Source: Macrostomum lignano
Taxonomy: Eukaryota
Length of the DNA stretch: 64,000 nt
Direction: 5' to 3'
Assembly: GCA_002269645.1 (NCBI GenBank)
Contig: NIVC01001237.1
Location: 338,776 to 402,775 of the forward strand
The position numbers and the translations under genes are program-made. Under the pieces are notes generated by a model that worked only from the letters and a program-made list of their open reading frames with translations, made no database searches and had not been told where the DNA came from. Numbering within the stretch: position 1 is the first letter of the stretch; each line of letters starts with the position of its first letter. This document shows positions 48,956 to 61,654 of this stretch, one piece after another.

Positions 48956-51900
48956 TTCTCTCTGTGTCTCAGATGATTGGAAACTGTCGCTGTTGCTTTG
49001 GCCACATGCAATGCATTATTTTGTAATTTTATTGTTAAGTCATTTTTGCTTGGCTTTTCTTGACATCCCACAAGATTCTATATGGGAAACTTAGTGTAGG
49101 AAATCTCTTAGTAGTAAAAAACTATACTAAAGATCAACTGTCTCAATGATTTCTGTATACCAAGCTATATACTAAGGGGTAATGAAAGGCTTCTTTATAT
49201 GCAAATTTGTACACCAATTGTGTATGCTAGATCTGTGTTCACTGGAATTTTCTAGTATATATCCAGTGTTTGGCAAAGTTCTGGCACTTTTAATGCCAGA
49301 AGTTACTTTTTTCTAAAATGGCACTTTTTTCTGGTTCTTTTTTTTTAAATGCCAGACTTGGGTAATGGAAGTTACTTTTTGATGAGTCCAGTCTTTTGGT
49401 ACTTGAAAATGAAATCTAGGTGCCAAACAGCCAATTTAGCACTAAATATTTCCCAAAAGTGTAAAACTTTACCATAACACTTGTAGTACAATTAGACAAT
49501 GCAATGTATATGCAAAGCTATATACAATACCATCAATACATGCATGGAAAAAGGAATAATAATAATTTTTTTACTTTTTCCCTAAAAATAAAAAACTTAT
49601 TTTTCTTAATTTTTGGCAAAAAATATTTTAGCAAGAAGTATTTTAAATACTTCTTTTATAATTATCATTTTTCAGTGCACATTGTAATTGTATAATTTTT
49701 AAGTTTGTTACTTTGCATGAATACCACTTGTAATAGTGCTCAAATACTATACGAGTAATAATGTATGATTTCTTACAAAACTAAATTCATGCAAAATAAA
49801 TATTTATAAATATAAATATTGTTTTACTGCACAAAATAAATTGGGGAAATATTTTTTGTTGTAATCATATTGGGAAATTTGAGGTATAAATAGGAGCAAT
49901 TTTGTAGCTAGGTAAACTTAACTATCTTGATATCTGTGAGCAACTATTCCAAGCAATAAAAGCAGTTCAATCTATAAATTTTCAAAGTCTTTCAAGTTAA
50001 GCAACTTATTCATTTAAAAAGGCTAAGAACAGTGCTAAGAAATTTGCAAAGAGAGGGAATTAGGAAACAATTTGTAGAAACATACTAAGAAAAGTGCTAT
50101 GACCTTCTAGTCCCAGTAATGCCTGATTGGACTAACTCATTTACTAGTACTATCCTGCTCAGGCCATAGTATATACCAGAGCCATATACTAAGAATGCTA
50201 CCAGAACATATACTAAGAATGCTATCAAGAACATTACCAAGAATACTACCCAGAAATGTATGAGATTCTAAGAAACAGTTAGGATTTAAAAAGACAGAGC
50301 TATAAGGCCTGTAACAGATAGCTACCAGTGGTAGGATATTTATAAGGACAGGAGAAAGAGACCTATCACGCACTCTTATATAGTATTAAAAGCATATAAT
50401 TCTTTTAAAATTAAAAAACCAATTGTAATTTGCACTCTATGTTTGTTACTAAATTTAGATGATTTTTTGTGTTAACCATAAAAATAATCATTTCACTATT
50501 TATATGGTCACTGTAACAATAATAACTGCAAAAAATTGGCATGCAGCCACAAGCAAAATGGATTTGGAAATAAAATAGAGGTTTGGATTTGGCTAGACTT
50601 GTAATTGGTAATGTCTTAATTTAATTTTTTGATATTTTAATTTTGCATTTTTTAATAATTGTAATATATTGTATATTTTTTGTAACTTTGCAGCAAAAAG
50701 AAGACAGAAAAAGTAATCCAATTTGTGGAAAAGAAAGAATTTAATTTGTTTAAACAGGCTTTGCTGCATTTATGTAAGCCAAGTGCATTTTTACTTTCAA
50801 CCCCCCCCCTGTCAATGCCTTGCATGCGACACGCAATGCAGATAAGGCTCTTAGTATATAGCATGCAATGTGTATGAGATTTCCAAATAATCTTGGCATG
50901 CAGCATACAGAATCAAAAAGTTTTGTGGTATGCATGGAACATCTTTGGGACTATGGCATGAATAATAAATTCAAGAATAAAAAAGCATACAACTTTTGCA
51001 TACAAAGTTTAAAACATTTTTTACTCCTAGCATACAAATGTACTCACCATACTTTTTCCCCATGGACCTGGCATAGGCCTACATTAATATACAATCTGGG
51101 ACTTCTTCAAGTTTATGTTGTAAATTAGTTGCAATTTTAATAGGAGCATAATTTTGTCTCTATAGGAGTTTTTGATAGTGCTGATTTCAAATTTGAGCTT
51201 TATTTTTTGGTAGCTCCAACCCAACTATATGTAGGCACTTAAAACCAACCACCGGGACATGGGGAATGGGGGGTTTTAGGGTGGGGAGATTCTTCATGGG
51301 GATTGATTTTATCAACATAAACTTGAATAGAGGCATGGAGACCTATTCAAGATGATGTTGATAAATTCCAGACTCAGGGAAAAAGGGATCAATCCTTACA
51401 AAAAAGGTCAATGACCAACTATTAAGGCATGGAATGGGATAAGGGATTTTTGGGTAGGGGATTCTTCATGGAGGTTGATTTTATCAATACAAACTTGAAT
51501 ATTATTTCAGACATTTATAATATGATTAATTACTTATATTACTAAATCATTTGGCAAGAGGTATTAATGTCAACTACAGTGGCAAAGGTAGCAACAATTT
51601 AGAATGCGGGAGACAATATTGTGCATGGTAGATGTGGCAAATTTAAAAAAGAGGAAACCGTGACGAGGCAATTATTTGACATGATAACAAAACTCAATAT
51701 CAAATTTTGTATTCATTTATATTCACTATACATTATAATTCAAAAATTATGAATATTACTTGTAATTTTTTAATTTTATATTCACAAAACAAGTTAACTT
51801 TTTTTGAAAAATGTTCATTTTTGAATACAAATTTCATTGAAACAATTTTTGTCGAATTCTCATTGACACCATAGTCAATTAATAAACTGAGGTCGCATCA

Positions 51901-52203
51901 CCACAGAATGTGGTTTTTTGGTGATATTTTGCTTTTTTATCATTTTGGGCATCCACCAAGTGTCTGGTGAAAATTTCAGAAAAATTGGAAAATGAGAAGT
52001 ATTTTATCAACATAAATTTGAAGAAGCCCACAATCTGAACTATGGAGGATAGGTGGCATAATACGCCTATAGATATGGGAATATTTTGGTTATTTTTTAA
52101 ATCTTAGGACAAAGCTTCTGAGCTAAGAAGGCCTACTTTAGTTAGTATAAATATATACAGCTAGTGTTTCACTTTTATCATAATAATGATTTTATATTAA
52201 AGC

Positions 52204-53650
52204 CAGGGGTGGACTAAGGGGGGGGGGCATTAGCTCTGCTAAAAAATCCTCAGATGTATTGGTATCATGCTATATTAATATCATGATTAGGCACTTCAGT
52301 GAGAAAATTAAATTTCAGAAATTGTTATAGGCTGCTATTTCACTAGATAGATCTTACTTTCCCATTTCCAAAATGGCCAAACTTTAGTGATTTGGTTGAG
52401 TAATAAGGAAACTACAGCTATTTTAGTAACCCCGATTTGTGCCTTTAGCCAATGGAATTTTTACATTATGGTTTGTGATCATTTTTGGCCAAAAAGTTGG
52501 CTTTTTGTCTTTGAACACTTGTAATTAATTTTCTAGCCAACCAAAATGACTGTGCTTGGTGTCATTTTGTTCAGTTTTTTAGTGTTAATTGTATGAATTA
52601 TATATTTTAATATTATTTTATATGCCCAAGTTGCTAAGCTAATTGAAACAGGATGGGTGTATGAAATTTTGACTATTTTAACCAGATACGCAATGATTGC
52701 AATTTTAAAAATACAATAGCATCTGTTCTGCTTGCTTAATTTATACAAGGCTAGTGTCATTTTGTTCAGGTTTTTACCTACTATAATACTATTCTACTTC
52801 TTGCCCTAAATTTTTAATGCATGACAGACACCCCAACTGCAATGTAATGTGCTGTACAGGCTTTGCGCATGGGTTTATTAAAAAACGGTTTTGTCTATCG
52901 TGTTCAGCATAGCAGAATTAGTTAAATGACACAGAGAACTAGTTTGCCGGAAGGCAGAGTCTCACAAAAAACACGAAATACACGTTTCAATGGGTATTTT
53001 ACATGTAAACGTATCAAAAAAAGAAACCTCCACAAAATTTTTGCGCCTATAGCTATTGGCAAGCGGTTTTTTTTACTGTGCTTGTATTGTCAATAGGTAA
53101 TGAAAAATATAAAGAGAAACAATGCAGGAAAAGGATTTCATGGAAAATTTTGGATTTGAAATTTTGCATAGAGCCATATGGACATTAAAAGAAAAAAAAA
53201 ATTTTTTTTAACACCAGAAAAATGTTTCTAAATTATCCCTTTATACTATAAAACCTTTGTTTCCATTATAAGAAACACATTGCAGCTAAGAAAAAGCATT
53301 TTCTGAACCACTGTTTTTTTATTCATTTTGGCTTCAATTTTATATTCCTCCTAAAAAATGGTCAACTTTAAAAAATAGACAGTGCAAAAAGTATAACAAA
53401 GCTAGACTTGCAGTTGGTGTCATTTGAAAGAGCTCCTTTTTACCTTTTAAATGCATATTTTACTTTCATCCTGGCTTCTATAGTTTCTTTAAAATCGCCC
53501 TTGAAAAATTGGACTTTTTTCTTACTTTTTTGCCATTGGCACGCACTTCTTATAACTCACTGAAGTCCCTATCATGATACCCTAGTTGCAGCTCTGGCTG
53601 ACCAGACATGAGGCTTGCCTCCCCTCGATAAAATCCTGGGTCCGCCCCTG
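52204..53650. mobile_element. Non-autonomous hAT-like DNA transposon (about 1.45 kb)
   Basis: TIRs CAGGGGTGGACTAAGG and CCTGGGTCCGCCCCTG (13/16 match). Flanking 8-mers ATTAAAGC and ATAAAAGC (7/8) fit an 8-bp TSD. No transposase ORF. Confidence 0.7.
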
Positions 53651-54161
53651 ATAAAAGCCACAGACCAAAAGATTTAGACTAGTCATAAGATAAGATCAGT
53701 ATTAGTGCTAAATAAAACATTAAACCTAGTGTACCTAGCTAACTTGCCTAACTAGCTTTCTTTCTAGTAGTAGTAGTGAGTTAATTTGCATTAAAAACAA
53801 AAAGCTTGACTAATTTATCATATATTATCATGACTATTAGGATAAAACCAAATAAAAAACACGACGCCATTAACTAGAAATGACACCATAAGGTCCGCTA
53901 CTTCGCTATCATGACAATCAACGATGGTGACATTTATTATAATTAAAAAATTGTGTTTTTAAAATTTTGTTTTCAGTACGTTTCGAGGAAAAAATATTTT
54001 AAAAACACGAAGAAACAATTTAATTTTAAACAAGTATCAACAATCTTTCTGAGTAAAATTAAAGCCACTACTGCTTGCTAATGTACAAAAAATGCTAAGT
54101 TTTCTAGTTTCGTGCTCTGAACAGCTATACTAAAGACTCCATTGGATACTGCAATTGTCTT

Positions 54162-54278
54162 CAATGGATAAATAATCAGCGGTCCCAGTGCGTGACAACG
54201 ATTGTCTGGCGAGCGCCGGTAGGCGCGAGCCATAGACAAATCGTTGTCACGTGCTGCGACCGCTGATTCTTTGCATTG
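54162..54278. other. About 115-nt near-perfect hairpin (pre-miRNA-like or palindromic MITE)
   Basis: Arms ATCAGCGGTC..GTGACAACGATT..GTCT..GCGCC and GGCGC..AGAC..AATCGTTGTCAC..GACCGCTGAT around a GGTA loop (54218-54221). Confidence 0.75.
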
Positions 54279-56600
54279 TTTTTCTGTTTGACGATCCTAC
54301 AGACAATTTGCATTGTTTGTAGTAATGGATTGTTCTGCATTAAAAATGTGAATAATGATCGTCAAATTGCTAAACAATGTGCTAACGGATATCATAATAT
54401 CGGATATATATCGGATATCGCCGTTTCTCTTTGTCCAAAGGAGAAACCAGGATCGGCGGCTGTCTTTGAGCTTCATTAGCTAGTTGGATGCCCTTTGACG
54501 TAGTAATTATGTTAAACCCTAGCTGTCTCCAGAGTCCAGGCCGAGCATACTTATTGCTAACTGTCAATGACAAGAAATTATAGCAATTAATTCCGTGGTT
54601 TTACTACGTGTACATGCACATGCAAGTTTGAAAGCAAACATGGTACTTGCTAATGGGTGATGCGCGCGGGTCGCAATCAAGGATAAAAGTCTCTCAATTT
54701 TTACTAACACACAGCGGAATTTAATAAGTTATTATTTACATGCATTACATATACTGTACATGTATATGTACATGTAAGTACATGTATTGACATTAAATGT
54801 TTAACATCACCTATGGCGACCTACATGTGGCGGAATGGGCGACACGAGATTGAACTACTGCTGTGACAGCAGCGGAAGGCTTCGTCTGGTGTTCGGCAGC
54901 TGAGAGACAGACACACTTAGGACACAATTTGTTTTTCTTTGTGCTGCGGCTGGACTGAGTGCTCTGTAACGCATTCCTCTCGGCTGACGACGATGCATTG
55001 GCCATGCACCACTACTACGAAGAGAAGCGCCTCAGCGTGCTTGGCTACGCTGGCGACCTCGCATTCATGTCATCAACCGAAGGTGACAGCGCCAGATCGA
55101 CAGGCTGGAATTAAGCAATTGGCTTCTAGAGTCGCGCCCTCGTGGTCCACACTTAAGACCAAGTTGGTCGCCGTGCTGGCTGACATTCCCAGGGGACCTG
55201 ACAGCTCGCTCAGTTCCCGTGGTTCACCTATACCTCTAGTGCACCCCACGTAGAAGAGAAAATCACGCGGCGAACAGAGGACTCGACTGGCGGCCTAACT
55301 AGCATCCGAGACCCACTGGGAAGCAAGCTGTCGAAACGACGTCAGTTTTCCATGTCGATTCGATGGATGCAAATGTCGCGGTGCAACGACGTTGTTTCGA
55401 GGTGGGTGGTACACCTTCATTTCAACGTCGATGCTGCGTCGTTTCGCCTTCGTTCTGCGACGTCGATTCGATGTTGCTTTACACGTATATGTACACACAT
55501 GTACAATCGATTTGAATAGTATCATTGCACCCACAAGTGCATATTGGAAAATAACGAATGCAAGACAAGAAGTCCAAGACAGAGTTCATATGCGTGTGCA
55601 ACATGCACGGCAACAGTTTGCGAAAATCATTGACCGCAAGTATAATTGCTAGGACCGTGACGAAACAAGATATGAGCAATTTACATGTATTTGACACTCA
55701 CACTCACACGTATTGTATTAATTTGCTCAGGTTGCATGTAAAAATCAACTAAAATATACTTTACGAGTATAAAATTGAATGGACATGTAAAGGATCAGCG
55801 AATCCACAAACGCCAACAGACTGCTCACGCAACAAATCGACACTTAAAAGACAATTACAATAATAGGCTCGTAAAGAAATACCATTGCTTATCAATTTCG
55901 GTGCAACTGTGATTACACACAACAGGCTATGTACAGAACAGGGCACCGTATATCCGCGCGCTTTGCCCACATTTGCCAGACAGAACTCCATGGCCCTCTT
56001 GTTGATGGAAAAATGGATCATGAAAAATAGTAACTCGAAAATCAGTTCCATAATATCACCTGATGGGTCTTATGGGGGACACTTCTTCCTCGATCCCAGA
56101 GTCATCATCACTTTCAGGAGGAGACACGCTTTGGGAATTTCCTGGCTCCCAATCACGTTCTTGCCAATCGTCATCAGCATCATCAGAATCTTCTTCAGCT
56201 GGCGCCACGTGCTCAATGGACTCCTGCCCTGTGGCCTCTTGCAGGCCTTCAGAATCACGAAGTAGCTGCATCATGGTGAGGCGAGCCATCCGGTTTGTCT
56301 TCTGTGCAGACGCCATCGTCTCAAAGTCAGTAGCTGTAATAAATCAGATTATTTAATTTAATATAATAATTTAATATAGCCCTTTGTTCTAACTTTTTGG
56401 CTATAGGAATATTATCCAAGAAAACAAGATGGATTTCATTTGACTTAGTTATACAAATTTAGATGTCAAAATAATTTAACAATTGGAAATTAGGATTACC
56501 CAATCTATCTTTTAATCTATCTTAAACTTAAGATATTATCATCATCTTCTTCTATACACTAAAATTCATCTTTATACATTCTAAAGATATAAACTCCAAG

Positions 56601-56830
56601 ACAGTGGAGTCGCAGCTGGGCTCGGCGCACTCCGGCTGCTCCATACCGCGCCTTTCAAGCTGACGAGAGCGTCGGGACAGAGGCGGCCTGTACTAGAGGG
56701 CCCAGCTGCAAGGTGGCGACTTCAACAGGAGGGTCACGTGATCCAGGCCGAGAGCTGCTGCCCCCAAGCCTCTACAGGACGTCCTGCTGCTCAACTTGCA
56801 GGGCCATTTAGGCTGCCCAGGTGCGAATCT
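56601..56830 (+). mobile_element. Degraded non-LTR retrotransposon (RTE-like) RT C-terminal fragment
   Basis: Frameshifted pieces TVESQLGSAHS/RLLHTA..ADESVGTEA..RWRLQQEGHVIQAESCCPQ/QDVLLLNLQG resemble the LD..Y.RLLR..RRLRLAGH region of RTE-clade ORFs (from memory). Confidence 0.5.
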
Positions 56831-56949
56831 GAATTCGTCGTTCACTCACTCAGTTGTCCCACTCGCGCTCGCTCCGCGCCATATAGAGCGATGCATTTGA
56901 CGCATCCAGACTTTCCGGACTATGTAGCTTAACATTACTGCAATCACTT

Positions 56950-57150
56950 TAAAGTGGTTAGAGCGTCGGACGCACAACTGAAAGGTCGGAAGTTCGATTC
57001 TCGATTCCACTGGAACAAATTCGTGCCCTTGAGCAAGAAGATCCTTAACTCTGCATTGCTTTAGTTCACCCAGTTGTAAAATTGGTGCCAGCGTTATAGC
57101 TGCGGTAATAGAGTGTTTGTGTGTGTGGCGGTACACGCGAGGAAAGAAAT
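56950..57150 (+). mobile_element. tRNA-derived SINE with a CORE-like central domain
   Basis: A-box-like AGTGGTTAGAGCG, B-box-like AGTTCGATTCTC, then GTGCCCTTGAGCAAG..CTTAAC..CACCCAGTTGTAAAATTGG. Confidence 0.65.
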
Positions 57151-57284
57151 AAACGAGAGAGAGGACCACGCGTCCTTTAAAAGTTGGCTAGGAGAGGTGT
57201 ACTCACCACAAGTGCAATACGAGTTCTCGTTTCTTAGAAAATTTTAGAAAGCAGGTTTTCCCGAAAAAATACACTACGGAGATA

Positions 57285-57758
57285 GGAAATTCTCATTTTT
57301 TAGCACAAAAATTGCTATTGCTTTTGATAGGAGGCAGATCCAGTGTTCATCTTTTGATATGTTGTGCCCTTCTTATTGCTCTATCGATATTTGTAAAGCT
57401 TTTCGTGCAAAGAATTAGGATTCTATGTAATTTTTTTATTCTACATATACGTACGTTTTATGAATCTATTTTATAATCTCTGTTACAGATAATTGTTATA
57501 CAGTCCGCTAAGAATGATGAAATAGACTCAAAAAGCCAAAGAACTGAGCCGTGCCATTTTAATGGTTTTTAGGCACAAGATACATGTACGTGCAAATGTA
57601 CGTTGAATAAAAAATTCACAAAGAATCCTAATTCTTTGAACGAAAACCTTTATGAATATCAATAGAGCAATAAGAAAGGCACAACATTTCAAAAGATGAA
57701 CACTGGATCTGCCTCCTATCAAAAGCAACAACAACTTCTGTGCTGAAATGAGGCTTCC
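57285..57758. mobile_element. Foldback/MITE-like element with about 155-bp inverted arms (57285-57441 and 57605-57758)
   Basis: GCTTTTGATAGGAGGCAGATCCAGTGTTCATCTTTTGA is found as its reverse complement at about 57690-57727; the arms match over most of their length. Confidence 0.8.
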
Positions 57759-58372
57759 CGTCCTTATACTTAAGTCGTCCTTGTGTACACCCTGTCTGAG
57801 CGTGCGTATGAGTGCGTGCTTGCGAACAGTATTGGCGCGCTTGTACATGTACATATATGTGCTCAGGGGTCAGCGGAATGGGCGAGGTCGTAAATACAGC
57901 TTTGCAGCAGGTGTACAGGAAATTTCAACAGAAGCAGCGGTTGCCATTGGTACAGAACATCACCAAAATCGGGCCGCCATGCAGGTAACTTCTTCATCTA
58001 TCAGCTTCCATCAAGGATAGCATCTTTTCAGATAATGTTAAACAGAGTAGTTTACAAAGACTCGATCAACTCACATGGCCACTTCGGTTCGGAACTATCT
58101 TACTTCATAGCCAACGAGTTGTTAGCTAAAGAAAGCGAAGACTACACAGTTTGTAGAACTTGCCTTTGATTTTGAAAACTTCAACAGCAGACGATAACTG
58201 AGATCTATGCAGACGCTTACATTAGATTAACTAACGACATTAGCTAACGACCAACCAACTAAGTCATCGAAAGTTAAAGATTGATGGTCAATACACACTG
58301 CAACTTTTTCTAGCAAAATCTAGAATTGTGAATCACAGTTTGCCTTTAACACTTGCTAAGTTCTGTACCAGC

Positions 58373-59569
58373 TCAATCTGAGTCAAATAGCCAGCTTGCA
58401 TCTGTGAAATCCTTGTGAACCCAAACAAGGTTATAATCCTCAAAGCCTATATCCTTAATGTCGATAACTCTGGTCGGATGGACCATAGTCCTCGGGCTGT
58501 AGCGCCTCTCAGCGAAGAAGCTGATCATGAACTGGCGCTCCTCCTCGCTCATGTGCTTCCTCAGCCACTCCATGTGCACCACGGGAATCGTGACGCTGTC
58601 GAACAGCTTCTGCGCGCTCTTGAAGAACTCGCCTTCGCCTCCTTCGATGTCGACCTTCAACACGACCAGCTTCGTGTCGATGAGCGGCACGATGGAGTCC
58701 GCGGTGGCCGACATCACCGGGATCGTGTCGACGACGGCCCTGCCGAACTTGGTGGCGCCGCCCATGTTGCAGTCCTTCGGGAAGTTCAGGTACATGAGCG
58801 ACACCTGCCTGCTGACGAAGTTCCACAGCAGCTGCAGCTTGTGAGGCGAATTGGCCGCCTCGGCTGACAGCTTGATTCGAATCAGGTTGCGGATGTTCGC
58901 ATCCAGCGCGATGACGGGCACTCCGAGATCGAGGACCGGCAGGCTGAACACGCCGATGTTCGAGCCGACGTCCACGAAGGTGACGGGCGACTTGGCGGCC
59001 AGCTTGCGAATGATTTGCTGCATGATGCGGACGTTCCGCTCCTCGAAGACATGCGAGCCATGAATTAAGGTCGAGATCAGGTCAGGACTTGAGTACACGA
59101 AACTGACAACGTTTCTCTGGGTGAGGGGGCTTCTGATGTATGTCTGAAGGCTTCCAGCTCTGACGCCTTCGATGAGCACGTGCGGCAGGTGCTGCTTGAG
59201 TCGACAAAGTGGAAACGCGCTGTCCACGATGGTGTAGGCGGCGGCGCCTTCGCAGATGCTCTCGCTGATGGACTTGTGCAGGAAGTTGACGCTGCGGAGC
59301 TCTCGATAGGCGTCACACATTTTTTCTGGCAGCGGTCTGTGAATGACCGGCGGGATGCTCGATTGGTAGGATTTCTGCAGTGCCGGTTGGTTCAAGGCGT
59401 TGGACTCAGATTCTGTCCTGCGATATTCGCGTACTGCACTCTTTGGTTTTGCTGCCACGGCTTTGTCTTGTGACGGATTGAGGCTGCGGCTGCTGTGGTA
59501 TACTTCACTCACAAGCCAGACGGATATAGCTGTCAATAAAATAACAAGTGCAGTTTTCGACCACTTCAT
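58373..59569 (-). CDS. FkbM-family (Methyltransf_21-like) SAM-dependent methyltransferase with N-terminal signal anchor, copy A (398 aa, intronless CDS)
   Basis: MKWSKTALVILLTAISVWLVSEV hydrophobic anchor; motif I FVDVGSNIG; VIALDAN; LKVDIEGGE. Acceptor ttgcag just upstream of the ATG. Confidence 0.88.
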   Translation of the reverse strand: MKWSKTALVILLTAISVWLVSEVYHSSRSLNPSQDKAVAAKPKSAVREYRRTESESNALNQPALQKSYQSSIPPVIHRPLPEKMCDAYRELRSVNFLHKSISESICEGAAAYTIVDSAFPLCRLKQHLPHVLIEGVRAGSLQTYIRSPLTQRNVVSFVYSSPDLISTLIHGSHVFEERNVRIMQQIIRKLAAKSPVTFVDVGSNIGVFSLPVLDLGVPVIALDANIRNLIRIKLSAEAANSPHKLQLLWNFVSRQVSLMYLNFPKDCNMGGATKFGRAVVDTIPVMSATADSIVPLIDTKLVVLKVDIEGGEGEFFKSAQKLFDSVTIPVVHMEWLRKHMSEEERQFMISFFAERRYSPRTMVHPTRVIDIKDIGFEDYNLVWVHKDFTDASWLFDSD

Positions 59570-60368
59570 TGTTCCTGCAATTTATGTGTTTTTTATTCAG
59601 TTTTAATTTGCATTTCGACCGGACTGCCGTCAGGTGTGCTCCAAAGAATTCAGCACTAAATTCTCACAATACGAGCTATCTCAATATCTGAGCTTCTAGA
59701 TTGCAAACTAAGCAAGCAGGCATTCTGTTCGAAGGAGCACTTACAAAGTCTGTCTGTAAAAATGCACTAAACAGACAGTAACAGCAGAAAGGTGCTTTTT
59801 CTCATCAGCACCGGCACCCAAGCACCAAGGGGCGGAAGTTAAAAATCAACACATGTGCATGTACTGTACTCAAGCAGCTTACCTTTATTGGAATCAATTT
59901 TTTCGCTTTCTTAAATCAAAACTTTGCCTATAGCTACCGGTAGTTTATGGAATCGAGCTGTTAAACTTTGTCGAGTACGGTCCGTTGTCTATCGTTATGA
60001 ATCATTGGCCCGTCTCCCTGAGCACGTCTCCCTGCGGTGTATTTGAGCGCTCTCTCCTACAGTCCGTGTTAAATAACTCTTATTGCTGAGGTCTCTAGAA
60101 AGACAAGAGAAGAAAGTGAGGAAGAAGAGTCGAAGCCTCGGGAGTCACGAAGCTGTAGAATGTATTTGAAGAGTCTTAAAAGCAAATAAATTCAGTATTG
60201 GACGCATTGCTCTGTCGATCTAATGGGTCACTTAGTAAACATCATTGAGTAAATTAAGCAAGGTAAAAACTGCACTGGACAGAATATTTTTACTCTGGAA
60301 TTAGAGAACTATAAGTATCAACCATTCAGAAAACCGAAGACAGCCTCAGGAAACACGATACAAAGATC

Positions 60369-60824
60369 GGGTGCAGAGCAGCTCAGTGGTATACGCGTCT
60401 GACTCACGCCCCACGGCCTCTGGTTCGATTCCATGTGTTCAGGAGAATTGGCCATGCAGTTGTGGGGGGGGGTTCGTGCGATTTACATCCGTGAGGCGAA
60501 TCTTGGGGGCGATTACCACGTTGCTCACCCAAGCACTGGCGCTGATCTTCTCGATAATTTGCTCCTCCGTTACCGCCTCCTTACCGCCACCGTTACCGTG
60601 TCTGAATCACTGGGTGAGCATCCAGGACAACTCATTCAATACTAGGCCAATACTTCCCAAGCACTACTGTCCATTTGTTGCCGTACGAACATTGTTTCCA
60701 AGTGCAGTCAAATTAATTTGTGGCTAAATTGGAATCTCGGCTGGGCTCCGCTCGTGCAATTAACGGCCTTGAGGGCCAACCCCAAGGCACAGTGAAGTGT
60801 ACATGCCTAACGATAAATAAATTT
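60369..60824 (+). mobile_element. tRNA-derived SINE (about 455 bp), second family
   Basis: Head GCAGCTCAGTGGTATACGCG..GGTTCGATTCC (A and B boxes), unique body, tail ending ACGATAAATAAA. A diverged tail copy is at 63874-63947 (-). Confidence 0.75.
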
Positions 60825-61654
60825 AGGGCCGCTGTACACTCCTGTGTGAGTGTGTGCCTGCGCGTATGACTGCGTACGTATCCGCGCGCTTGTGTGCCTG
60901 CTCAGGGGAGTCGGCGGAATGGGCAGCAATGCCTCTAGCCGGTTGTGTGACAATGTCGCTTAAAGTGCGCCAGGGTGCACACAGCCTCCGGCCTCTAATT
61001 ATCAATGTAAATAATTGAACTATTTTTAGCAGCTAAAATTAAATCATTTAACATCTAACCATATATTCTTGTTGATCAACTTAAACCAGCCGTTTGAAAG
61101 GTAAAATTTCTGGACCCAAGCTGACCCAAGCTGACCCAAGCTGACGTTAATGATGAGCAGCACAATTGACTTCAGAGCTAAGTCTATTGAGAAGCAATCC
61201 GGTCGAGTGCAAACAACACTGCTTATTGAGTGTTTACCTGCTTGATTTACTTAATGACGTTCGCTCAATGTCGATGACCCTTTGAATTGACAAAACAAAC
61301 AGTAAGTTCTCGGTATTTGTTTTGTGGCCTTGGAGCCTTCAGTTTTCGCTAATTCTACCATCAGCTGTGCAACCATTGCAAACAGTTTAGTTTCATAGTT
61401 ATAGAACTCATATATAACAGGCAACGCAGGTAAATCATATGCTGAGATTAAGTAACAAAATTATAGACAGCGGAATTTATCAGTTCATTTATCAGGTAAG
61501 CTGTTCGATTAACAATTTGCACCTGCATGCATACACATGACGATGAGCCAACTGTCAGAAGACGCTTAGCTTATGCAGTTCACAATCTGAATATATAAAT
61601 GCCAATAAAAAGTAAATCAAAAAATCACTTACATTGCAGGTACGAGCAGGAACA

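Noticed and set aside
49264-49482. Possible small MITE with CAGTGTT-like ends (also 34229-34648)
   Set aside because: Ends are degenerate and no TSD was found.
58415-58867. Antisense ORFs overlapping the FkbM genes (also 62363-62815)
   Set aside because: A by-product of high GC3 codon usage; no recognisable domains.
60369-60440. tRNA gene (also 56950-57010)
   Set aside because: A/B boxes present but no complete cloverleaf acceptor stem; followed by SINE body and tail.
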